From a virus (taxonomy: Duplodnaviria; Caudoviricetes): a DNA stretch of 64,000 bases. This document shows positions 29,920 through 38,440 of this stretch, one piece after another; position 1 is the stretch's first letter; every line of letters starts with the position of its first letter. Below the pieces are notes generated by a model. That model searched no databases. It was given only the letters and a program-made list of their open reading frames with translations, and was not told where the DNA came from. Both the position numbers and the translations under genes were made by a program. The stretch spans positions 46,966 to 110,965 of the IMG/VR virus record IMGVR_UViG_3300013121_000041, one strand, 5' to 3'.

Positions 29920-30360
29920 ATGACTAAGAATTTTTTTGATTTTGGCGACGTCCTCAAGAATGATCGCTTCCTCATCGGATTTGACGACATCTTCAAACGG
30001 CTGTCTGATTTCAATACGACGGTCGCCAAGAACGTCGCCGACACGTATCCCCCGTTTAATATCAAGAAAATCGACGAAAATCACTTCGTCCTTGAGGTTG
30101 CCGCCGCCGGATTTGGGCGCAGTGACATCGACGTTCAGATCGATGGTGGAACCCTCACGATTTCCGGAAAGATGAAATCGGATGGAAAGGACGAGGATTA
30201 TCTGTATCGGGGCATCGCTGGCAGGGCATTCACAAGGTCGTTCAGTCTCGCCGACACAGTGCAGATTAAAGACGCCGAGTTGTTTAACGGACTCCTCAAA
30301 GTCTATTTCGAGAACCTCGTTCCGTTAGCGAACGCAGCCCGCAAGATCGAGATCAAGTGA
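29920..30360 (+). CDS. Small heat-shock protein (Hsp20/IbpA-like)
   Basis: YPPFNI, AAAGF, YLYRGIAGRAFTRSF, NGLL. Confidence 0.92.
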   Translation: MTKNFFDFGDVLKNDRFLIGFDDIFKRLSDFNTTVAKNVADTYPPFNIKKIDENHFVLEVAAAGFGRSDIDVQIDGGTLTISGKMKSDGKDEDYLYRGIAGRAFTRSFSLADTVQIKDAELFNGLLKVYFENLVPLANAARKIEIK

Positions 30361-30506
30361 TGAGAAAGTTCCTCGCACTTCTTCGAAAAATTTGGCGTCG
30401 GGCGTTCCCGACCGACCTCGATCGTTACATGCGTGGCGTCAAGACTCACAGTGACATCGAATATCGAATGGACAGGTTTCTTCGCGGAAGCCGTGGCTTT
30501 TCATGA
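30360..30506 (+). CDS. Small protein (DUF3563-like, 48 aa; not in ORF track)
   Basis: Manual translation MRKFLALLRK..DLDRYM..SDIEYRM. Confidence 0.5.
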   Translation: MRKFLALLRKIWRRAFPTDLDRYMRGVKTHSDIEYRMDRFLRGSRGFS

Positions 30507-30512
30507 CGACGG

Positions 30513-30546
30513 CAGCCGGGGAGTTTTCTCCCCGGTTGACTTTTTT
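30513..30546 (+). terminator. Rho-independent terminator overlapping a sigma70 promoter (TTGACT-N17-TACACT, 30536..30564)
   Basis: cagccggggag-tttt-ctccccggttg followed by T run. Confidence 0.75.
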
Positions 30547-30587
30547 AGAAAAAGCTGATACACTTGACTCCTTCAACGGAGTGTATC

Positions 30588-30824
30588 ATGATAGATAAAT
30601 CTGAGATCGTCCTCGTCAAACGTGGAAAGCGGGAGACGGAGACGCAGATCATTGAGGTCGATGGCATCGCCTGCGGCTTCAATGAAGACGGTTCGGTTAC
30701 GATCGAACTGTACGGTGACGATCCCCGCTCGAACGGAGTTCGCGTCAGGATCGCCGCAGAAGACGTCAAATCGCAGATCGCCGTTTTTCAACGTTGGTCT
30801 CGTAACGGTGGGCTGGCACAGTAG
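30588..30824 (+). CDS. Hypothetical protein
   Basis: GGAG RBS after promoter. Confidence 0.55.
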   Translation: MIDKSEIVLVKRGKRETETQIIEVDGIACGFNEDGSVTIELYGDDPRSNGVRVRIAAEDVKSQIAVFQRWSRNGGLAQ

Positions 30825-30857
30825 GTGCAAACTAGTCCCACAGAATGGAGAGAGAAA

Positions 30858-31606
30858 TGATGAAACTACCAGAAGCGTTCCCAGATGGAACGGTCGTCGC
30901 CGTTGCTGGCGGCTCGAAGATGATTTCCCCCGGCATGGGAGGAAATTTAGCGGTCTTGATCCTCGACGAATCGGGATCGATGGCATCGCAACGAAATGAC
31001 ACGATCGGTGGCGTCCGTTCATTCGTCGAAAATCTGGCGGATGGGACGTTGGTGACGATCGTGAATTTTTCATATCACAGTCGCAACGTTGTCGTCACAC
31101 GGCCGAAAGGGTCCTTCTCTTTCGGTCCCGGAGATTATAATCCGTCCGGTGGGACCGCGCTCAACGACGCCCTCTGTTCGACGATCCTCCGAACTAACGA
31201 TCATCTCGCCAGTCTTCCGGCAAACGAGCGACCGTCCGTCGTCTTCTGCGTCGTGACGGACGGAGAGGAGAATTCATCCTCCAAATTTTCCACCGAAGCC
31301 GCGAGGAAGATGGTCGGAGAGTGTAAGGACGCCGGATGGGGGTTCACGTTCCTCGGTGCCGACATCGATTCTTTTCAAAGTGGAGCGCAATATACGTTCT
31401 CCGCTCAGGCGACGGCGAACGTCTCGAAGGCGAACATCGGGGTCGGTCTCCGCAGTGCGTCGGCGTTCGCGAATCGATTCGGCTCGACTTACGCCAATTC
31501 CCTCGCGTCCGGCGATACGATCCATCAAGTGAGGGCGAATTGCGACGCCGTCGGTTATACCGATGAGGAGAGGACGAAGATGGGAGGCGGCCATGATAAG
31601 CGTTGA
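30858..31606 (+). CDS. vWA-domain protein
   Basis: DESGSM, GGTALNDA, TDGEENSS, FLGAD. Confidence 0.85.
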
Positions 31607-32231
31607 TGTCCTCGTCAAAAATCGTCCGATCCGTCGTTACGTGGATCGTGCTGGAAATTCCTTCGTCGAAGGGCGGCGTGGTTCCGCCTACAAACTACAC
31701 ATACGAAACGGCGGTCTCGATCGCATCAAAGCCGTCGTCTCCGTCGATGGGTTGAATATCTTGACCGGCGACCACGTGTGGGATCGCGGGTACGTCGTCG
31801 AACCCAGATCGTCGATCGATGTCCCCGGCTGGCGGATAGACCGACGCACCGCCGCCGAATTTGTTTTTGGCGACGTCCGTGAGGCATACGCGAGCGATCG
31901 TGAAAATTTCGGCGTCATTGGCGTCATGGCGTTCCGTGAAAATGTCCGGTATCCCCCATTGAGGGGAGGCATCATCTTTGTTAATACGTCATATTCGCCG
32001 TCGAGTCTCGGAACAGGATGGGGTGAGGAAGTCTCTTTCGAAACGAAGGAGACGACGCACCAATTCGAGGTCACACCGTTCGAAAGGGTCGTCGTGTATT
32101 ATGATGATGCCAAGGGATTGGCTCGGCGGGGGATAATCGTCGGGTGTGATCCCCTGCCTCAAGACCCGTTCCCGAATTACGTTGGAGATGATTATGGATG
32201 CAAACCCCCGCGAAGTCGAGGACGTGGTTGA
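31593..32231 (+). CDS. Conserved hypothetical protein
   Basis: VVSVDGLN, GYVV, PGWR, GVIGV..FRE, LGTGWG. Confidence 0.65.
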   Translation: MISVDVLVKNRPIRRYVDRAGNSFVEGRRGSAYKLHIRNGGLDRIKAVVSVDGLNILTGDHVWDRGYVVEPRSSIDVPGWRIDRRTAAEFVFGDVREAYASDRENFGVIGVMAFRENVRYPPLRGGIIFVNTSYSPSSLGTGWGEEVSFETKETTHQFEVTPFERVVVYYDDAKGLARRGIIVGCDPLPQDPFPNYVGDDYGCKPPRSRGRG

Positions 32232-32666
32232 AGGACGCAAGATTTTAGGCGTTCTATCTGCGATCGTCAGCACCGCGAAACTCGTCGGTGCTGGCGTCGC
32301 CGGTATTGCGGGCGTTCTCGTCGTGAATGACCGTAACAATAGAAAGACCGAAGTGACGTGTCGATGTGATCGACAGTGGTTGGTGAAGACAGACAACGAT
32401 GTACACAAGGTCATCGACAACAGTGAACAATATCGTCTGGAATTTATGCGGAGGAACGGCCGATGAAAACGATCCGCGAATTTTATGATAAGTGTGAGTG
32501 GGAAGGTGGTCTTTCGGAGTTTGTATTTGGATATGGCGTCGATACGTCTGGATTTGTCGGGACGGACCTCGAAACGCTGATCGCTCCGATAGAGAAACTG
32601 AAAGCCGCAATGGAAGAACTTGAAACGGCCCTCGAAAAACTCGGGTATTTTGATTTGGAATAGGGG

Positions 32667-32695
32667 TTGACGGCCGTCGAATCCCCCTGTATGAT
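32667..32695 (+). promoter_or_regulatory. sigma70-type promoter for the Y-RNA/Ro60 unit
   Basis: TTGACG-N17-TATGAT; predicted +1 near 32702, the first base of RNA copy 1. Confidence 0.75.
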
Positions 32696-32701
32696 GTTCG
32701 A

Positions 32702-32767
32702 ACGATGGTGAAGTTAACGGATACTTCTGCTGTTGAAAGTAAGACGCCGTTAGCGCCCGTTCCTCGT
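32702..32767 (+). ncRNA. Putative Y RNA-like RNA, copy 1
   Basis: 5'/3' pairing acga/tcgt, ggtg/cgcc, ttaacgg/ccgttag with bulged GGTGAAG; directly upstream of Ro60. Confidence 0.65.
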
Positions 32768-32777
32768 GTCAAATTTC

Positions 32778-32838
32778 GTGTGATGGTGAAGTTAACGGTT
32801 ACTTCGCCTAAGATACCGTTAGCGCCAGTTCCTCACAC
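32778..32838 (+). ncRNA. Putative Y RNA-like RNA, copy 2
   Basis: Same core; compensatory terminal stem gtgtga/tcacac; shorter loop. Confidence 0.65.
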
Positions 32839-32858
32839 ACTACTTTGGGAGACGGCCG

Positions 32859-34250
32859 GTGGCCCGCAAGAACGTAAAGGCGAAGGAAGTTTTTGACGCC
32901 ACCACTCACGGTGGGGCATCGACGAAAAGTGTCTCGAACGAAGATCAATTGCGTCGTGCCGTCCTCTCATGCCTCCTGTGGGAGGATCAGTTTTATGAGG
33001 ATGGACAGAAGATCGCTGATCGGATCGTCCAATTGGCGTCGACCTGTTCGCCGGAATTCGTCGTCGATCTGGCGATCGAGGCCCGGTCGAAGTTTCACCT
33101 CAGACACGTCCCCCTCCTGCTTTTGACGGTCGTTGCAAAGACCGGGGCGGGTAAGCCCGGCCTCGTCGCCAACGCCGTTGAGACCGTCATCAGCCGCGCC
33201 GATGAATTAGGCGAGTTGCTCGCCATCTATTGGCGTGACGGTCGCCGTCCCATCTCCGCTCAGTTGAAGAAGGGTCTTGCACGCGCGTTGCGGAAGTTCG
33301 ATGAGTACGCCCTCGCGAAGTATAATCGTGATACGGTCGTCAAGTTGCGCGACGTCCTGTTCTTGACCCACGCGAAGCCGAAGGACGACGAGCAGGCGGC
33401 CCTGTGGCGAAGGCTCGTCGATGGGAAACTCGTGACCCCCGATACGTGGGAAGTCGCACTGTCGAAGGGCGGCGATAAGAAGGATGAGTTTTCCCGTCTC
33501 CTCGCGGAAGGCAAGCTCGGGTATCTCGCATTGCTCCGCAATTTGCGGAACATGGTCGATTCCAAAGTCGAGCGTAAGTTGGTTCGCGATGCCATCCGCG
33601 CGCGTAAGAATGGGGCCGACAGGGTTCTTCCGTTCCGTTACGTTGCCGCAGCGAAGCACGCACCGTCGTTCGCCGATGACATCAGCGATGCGTTCTTGCA
33701 ATCGTTCGAGGGACAGCCGAAACTGCCGGGGAAGACGGTCGTCGTCATCGACGTTTCGGGTTCGATGTATGGTGGGGTCATGTCAAAAAAGAGTGACATG
33801 AACCGAGCCGACGCTGCCTGTGCACTCGGTGCCATCATGCGGGAAGTTTGCGAAGACCCGATCATCTATGCGACCGCCGGTAACGATGCTGTGCGGAAGC
33901 ACAAGACCGTTCCCGTCGCAAATTACCGGGGGCTTCCGCTCGTCAAGTCGATCTATGATATGTGCCATCCTCTCGGCGGTGGTGGAATCTTCCTCAAGCA
34001 GGTGATGGATTTCATCCATGCTGATGTGGGTGAAGACATCGATCGTGTCGTCGTCATTACGGACGAGGCCGATTGTGGAATTGGCGTTGAAGATTCTCCG
34101 TTGCGTGCACGTGCACTCGGAAAGCGGAACTACGTCATCAACGTTGCGTCCTATGAACACTCGATTACGAACGGGGCGTGGACGAAGATCAACGGATTTT
34201 CCGAGAGCGTCGTCCGTTACATCATCGAGAATGAAACGCCGAGAAATTGA
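32859..34250 (+). CDS. Ro60/Rsr (TROVE + vWA) RNA-binding protein
   Basis: LLWEDQFYE, TWEVALS, YLALLRNLRN, VLPFR, DVSGSM, ITDE. Confidence 0.9.
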   Translation: MARKNVKAKEVFDATTHGGASTKSVSNEDQLRRAVLSCLLWEDQFYEDGQKIADRIVQLASTCSPEFVVDLAIEARSKFHLRHVPLLLLTVVAKTGAGKPGLVANAVETVISRADELGELLAIYWRDGRRPISAQLKKGLARALRKFDEYALAKYNRDTVVKLRDVLFLTHAKPKDDEQAALWRRLVDGKLVTPDTWEVALSKGGDKKDEFSRLLAEGKLGYLALLRNLRNMVDSKVERKLVRDAIRARKNGADRVLPFRYVAAAKHAPSFADDISDAFLQSFEGQPKLPGKTVVVIDVSGSMYGGVMSKKSDMNRADAACALGAIMREVCEDPIIYATAGNDAVRKHKTVPVANYRGLPLVKSIYDMCHPLGGGGIFLKQVMDFIHADVGEDIDRVVVITDEADCGIGVEDSPLRARALGKRNYVINVASYEHSITNGAWTKINGFSESVVRYIIENETPRN

Positions 34251-34428
34251 TATGGCCTCCAAGGAAAGATTTTGCTGGTATTGTGGCGAATCTCTCGGTG
34301 TGATCGAGGATAAATTTTACGATCGTGATGACGTGTGTGGTGCCGTGGAATGTCATCGGGCGCTTCGGGACGTCTATCGTGAAGAGCACGCCGATCTTGA
34401 TCGTGGCTGGATTGGAAATGAACGTCGA

Positions 34429-34436
34429 TATAAATA
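34429..34436 (+). promoter_or_regulatory. Late promoter TATAAATA
   Basis: Exact consensus. Confidence 0.65.
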
Positions 34437-34527
34437 ATTGGTTCGACGGTTGACACCGTCGTTTTTCTGGGGCAAGTCCCCGGTTTCCGACGGAATCAGC
34501 CGTCAATCAAAAAGAGAAGGAAAATAC

Positions 34528-34818
34528 ATGGTCACTCCTTTGGCCGCAGTTCTCATTGTCGGTGCCTCGTTGTTCGGCACGGGCGTCGTCGTTCACCCGC
34601 AGGATCGTGTTCTCGGTAACACGTTGATCGGTGCCGGTGTTGGGACGATGGTCGGCGGTGCAGTTGGTGCCGTCGGCGGCGTCGCTACTGCCGTTGGTGT
34701 TACGACGGCGACCGCCGTTACCGGCGGTGCCATCATCGGCGGTGTTGCCGGTGGAACCATCGGGTACACGACGAAGACCGCGAAGCGTGGTCGTGCGTTC
34801 GCCGATCAGCAGTATTGA
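34528..34818 (+). CDS. Small glycine-zipper membrane protein
   Basis: Hydrophobic GxxxG repeats; AAGGA RBS. Confidence 0.65.
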   Translation: MVTPLAAVLIVGASLFGTGVVVHPQDRVLGNTLIGAGVGTMVGGAVGAVGGVATAVGVTTATAVTGGAIIGGVAGGTIGYTTKTAKRGRAFADQQY

Positions 34819-34824
34819 TGGAGT

Positions 34825-34848
34825 GGGCGGGGGAAGCCCCGCCCTTTT
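34825..34848 (+). terminator. Rho-independent terminator
   Basis: gggcgggg-gaag-ccccgccc-tttt. Confidence 0.75.
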
Positions 34849-34863
34849 CACTTTGGTGGAATA

Positions 34864-35031
34864 ATGATCATCGATCGATTTACCGAGGAAAATTCGTTCC
34901 TCTCAAATTTTCACCGTATTCCAGTCGTGGTCCGTGGAACGACGTATAAAACGGCAGAACACGCATATCAGGCTTTGAAGGCGGCGACCAAACGCGATCA
35001 TGATTGGGTGACGTTACTGAGGTTGGATTGA
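34864..35031 (+). pseudogene. Truncated NADAR (YbiA-like) gene, N-terminal ~50 aa only
   Basis: Manual translation MIIDRFTEENSFLSNFH...YKTAEHAYQALK then stop. Confidence 0.7.
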
Positions 35032-35050
35032 AATTCGTTTGACTGAATGC

Positions 35051-35167
35051 AGTTGGGGTGCCGCTCGCCAGTAATGGATTGAGCCTTTGTGGAAAGACAC
35101 GATTGAACCCTCTCGTACCACAAACTGGTGTGTCGTTGTGGGATCGGACACACCCACCCCTACTTTT
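35051..35167 (+). ncRNA. Putative structured RNA upstream of the release factor gene
   Basis: Nested stems ggggtg/cacccc, ccagt/actgg, ttgtgg/ccacaa, acga/tcgt, gtgtgtc/gacacac; possible gctcg/tgagc pseudoknot. Confidence 0.5.
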
Positions 35168-35185
35168 CTAATGTGAGGAACGGTT

Positions 35186-35857
35186 ATGAAACGATTGGTT
35201 ACGATCAGACAGGCCGAAGGTGGGAAAGATTCCCGTCTATTTTGCGATGACCTACGCGACGCATATGTTCGCATGTGTCGCCTGAACGGATGGGACGTCG
35301 GTTGACTCACGGACGACATGACACAGGTGTCGTTCGTCGTCAGTGGTGCAGGTGCTGATTCGTTCGATCGGGAGGCCGGTGGTCATCGTATTCAGCGGGT
35401 TCCGCCGACGGAGCGGAACGGCAGGGTCCACACGTCCACCGTCGTCGTATCGTCCATAGATCAGCTATTGCCGGAAAAGATCACCGTCCGAGACGGTGAT
35501 CTTCGCGTTGAATTTTTCTCCGGAACCGGTAAAGGCGGACAGAAGCGCAACAAGTCCCAGACGTGCGCTCGCGTCATCCACATCCCTACAGGCACCATCG
35601 AAACGAGACAGGGACGATCCCGAGAGGCCAACGTCGGGGCCGCGAAGGCGGCGATCGTCCGCCGCTTGAACGACGGTGCGGATGCCATCGCAGCATCGTC
35701 GAGGTTCGCCGAGAAGCGCAGACAGATGGGGTCTGGTGAACGCGGCGACAAGATACGGACGTATCAATTTCAGCGTGGGGTCGTTAAAGATCATCGTACT
35801 GGAAGGCGGGCGCGTATCGATGACGTCCTCGTTGGACACTTCGATCTTTTGTGGTAA
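35186..35857 (+). CDS. RF1-like class I peptide chain release factor lacking domain 1, with in-frame UGA at 35303..35305
   Basis: GAGGA RBS + ATG 35186; EGGKDSRLF..DL..AY upstream of the stop, in frame with EAGGHRIQRVPPTE (PxT), GRVHTST, GGQ, KIRTY. Confidence 0.85.
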
Positions 35858-35910
35858 GGGGGTCGATGTGACATTGATCCGGGCGTTCATCACATTCATG
35901 AAAGTATGAA

Positions 35911-37377
35911 ATGACATATTGTTACACGGCGGCGAACCTACGTGGGTCGAACGTCCTATTTCGGGGATATAAAGACGGGAAACTATTTTTCCGTAAAGAA
36001 AAATGGGAACCAACCGTTTACGTTCCGACGAATCGTGACGCCGGTTGGCACGATCTCAGTGGTCGAAAGCTAGAACCGAAAAAATTCCAAGACGTTCAAT
36101 CGTATCGTAATTGGATCGACCAGAATTCCGGGATCAGTAATTTCGAGTATTTTGGTTTTGAAAATCACAAGACGGCGTTCCTATCCGCTGAATTCCCCGG
36201 AGAGATCACCTACGATCCCGAAGAGATCATCGTCGCTTTCATCGACATCGAAACGGATTCGGCAGACGGGTTTCCGAACGTCGCTCTGGCAGATAAGGAA
36301 ATCACCGCTATTACCGTGAAGGTCGGGGGGTCCTACGTCGTGTTCGGCGTCGGGGATTATACGCCCCATCGACCGGACGTTGAATACAGGAGATCGTCGG
36401 ATGAAAGGACGATGCTCCGCGACTTTCTGAAATTCTGGGAGGAGATCGTCCCTGACGTGGTGTCGGGGTGGAATTCCGAGGGTTTCGACGTCCCCTACAT
36501 TATCCATCGTCTACAACGACTGTTTGGAGAAGATGAGGCGAGACGCCTATCTCCGTGGCGGATTTTGAAGTCCCGCGAGGTCCACGTTTCCGCGACGGAG
36601 ACGACCATCGTGTGGGAAATCTTCGGCATCGAACACATCGACTACCTCCTTCTTTACAAGAAATTTTCCGGCAAGATGCAGGAGTCCTATCGACTGGACT
36701 ACATCGCCCACGTCGAAAAACTCGGTTTCAGGAAGATTGATTATTCAGAGTACGGGAGTCTTCATAGACTCTATCGCGACGATCATCAGAAATTCATCGA
36801 GTATAACGTTCGTGACGTCGAGATCATCGATAAACTGGAAGAAAAAACCAAATTGATCCGGATGGCGATTAACATCGCCTACTCGTCGAAGGTTACGTTC
36901 GGCGACGTGTTCATGACGACGCGCGTGTGGGACGGAATCTGCTACAATTATTTGAACGAGCGGCGGATCGCCGTGCCGACCAAACGCCAGTCTCAGAAGT
37001 CGTCGCAATTCGCCGGAGCCTACGTCAAGGAACCGAAACCCGGTGTCTATGGATGGATGATGACGTTCGACGTGGCGTCGGAATATCCGTCGTTGTTCAT
37101 GCACTACAACACGTCTCCGGAGACGTTCGTTGAAGTTCTCCCGGTCGATACCGACAGATTGTTGAGTGGTGGGGGGCACGATCATCTCCCCCATCTTCTC
37201 GAAAAGAACCTGTCGATGGCCGCCAACGGGGCGTGTTTTCGGCGTGACGTTCGGGGATTCATGCCGACCCTAGTCGATAAATTTTTTGAAGAACGTCAGA
37301 CGTATCGTAAACAGGCATTCGCGGCCAAAAAATTACTCGAAGAAGTTGAAGAGGAAATCCGACGTCGTGGAATTTGA
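35911..37377 (+). CDS. DNA polymerase gp43, N-terminal subunit (exonuclease + palm motif A)
   Basis: DIET, GWNSEGFDVPY, YNVRDV, GAYVKEP, FDVASEYPS; ends in fingers coiled coil. Confidence 0.92.
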   Translation: MTYCYTAANLRGSNVLFRGYKDGKLFFRKEKWEPTVYVPTNRDAGWHDLSGRKLEPKKFQDVQSYRNWIDQNSGISNFEYFGFENHKTAFLSAEFPGEITYDPEEIIVAFIDIETDSADGFPNVALADKEITAITVKVGGSYVVFGVGDYTPHRPDVEYRRSSDERTMLRDFLKFWEEIVPDVVSGWNSEGFDVPYIIHRLQRLFGEDEARRLSPWRILKSREVHVSATETTIVWEIFGIEHIDYLLLYKKFSGKMQESYRLDYIAHVEKLGFRKIDYSEYGSLHRLYRDDHQKFIEYNVRDVEIIDKLEEKTKLIRMAINIAYSSKVTFGDVFMTTRVWDGICYNYLNERRIAVPTKRQSQKSSQFAGAYVKEPKPGVYGWMMTFDVASEYPSLFMHYNTSPETFVEVLPVDTDRLLSGGGHDHLPHLLEKNLSMAANGACFRRDVRGFMPTLVDKFFEERQTYRKQAFAAKKLLEEVEEEIRRRGI

Positions 37378-38440
37378 TTTTGTAAAAGCATTGATAGATA
37401 AATCATCATATGACAAGAAACGAGAAATTGTCAGGTATGTACGTTTCGTATTATCAGCAACTGTCGAATATTCGGGCACGTTCGAGAAACATCATATATT
37501 ACCCGTCGCACTCTTTCCAGAATATAAAAAATCGAGTTGGAATATTGTTTCTATTGATGCTAGAGTTCATTATATTGCGCATTATATGCTCGCTAAAATT
37601 TTTGGGGGTAAAATGTGGTTCGCCTTTAATAATATGCGACGAATTTTCCGACTGGATGTACATCGAAACCCCGGAAAATCATCAAATATGTTGTATTCAT
37701 ATGCAAGAAAATATCTCGCCGAGGAACTTCGAAAAATAAATCTCGGAAGAAAATTTGACGAATCCCAAAAGAGAAAAATGTCCGAGATGAGGAAAGGCAC
37801 TATTGTAGTTCGGGATGAGACGGGTAAAAAATTCAGAACATCGGTATTTGACGAACGGTATTTGTCCGGGGAACTAATACCACATCAAACGGGAAGAAGG
37901 CACGGCGCAGAGACAATACAAAAAATGTCCGTCAATAACGGTGTCACCGGAAAATCTCTATATACGGATGGCTCCAAGTTTATATTCTTGAAATCGACTG
38001 ATAAAATTCCGTCTGGTTTCGTTCGCGGGCATTCAACAGAAATGAAAGAAGCGATGTCGCTGCGGGTAAAAGATACTATCTGGATCACAGACACTTTAAC
38101 CGGGAAAAAATTTCGAACTAAAGACGAAGATATTTTAAGCAATCCGAGATATGTGCGTGGGCGTGGTGAAGACGGTGGGTTTAATTATATTAATAGTTTG
38201 ACTATGGTCATAAACCTGATCACGTTGAAATATGAAAGAGTATCCGTGCTCGAACAATGGCACTATCCATACAGTGGACACCGCATTCATAATATTACAT
38301 GTTTTACCGATAATGGATTTGTTATGTTAGGGCGCAGTGTTTTAAGTAGATACCTGAAGATTAGTGGTAGATCGATGGAACATGTGATAGAGGTTCCATT
38401 ATTGCAGTTCAAATATGGAGATGAGAAACCGTGGAAATAA
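37367..38440 (+). CDS. Free-standing HNH homing endonuclease with NUMOD3-like repeats
   Basis: EKHHILP...N...VHYIAHYML; GRKF.E..KRKMS, GRRH..ET..KMS; AT-rich relative to flanks. Confidence 0.8.
   Translation: MEFDFVKALIDKSSYDKKREIVRYVRFVLSATVEYSGTFEKHHILPVALFPEYKKSSWNIVSIDARVHYIAHYMLAKIFGGKMWFAFNNMRRIFRLDVHRNPGKSSNMLYSYARKYLAEELRKINLGRKFDESQKRKMSEMRKGTIVVRDETGKKFRTSVFDERYLSGELIPHQTGRRHGAETIQKMSVNNGVTGKSLYTDGSKFIFLKSTDKIPSGFVRGHSTEMKEAMSLRVKDTIWITDTLTGKKFRTKDEDILSNPRYVRGRGEDGGFNYINSLTMVINLITLKYERVSVLEQWHYPYSGHRIHNITCFTDNGFVMLGRSVLSRYLKISGRSMEHVIEVPLLQFKYGDEKPWK

Noticed and set aside
32705-32896. 63-aa ORF with an internal repeat
   Set aside because: Better explained by the two RNA hairpins, whose differences preserve base pairing; no RBS
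35051-35167. Suppressor or selenocysteine tRNA, or tmRNA
   Set aside because: No canonical cloverleaf, T-loop or UCA anticodon arm on either strand, and no tag reading frame
37378-38430. Group I intron in gp43
   Set aside because: The endonuclease ORF overlaps both polymerase halves, leaving no evident ribozyme core; gp43B has its own RBS and start
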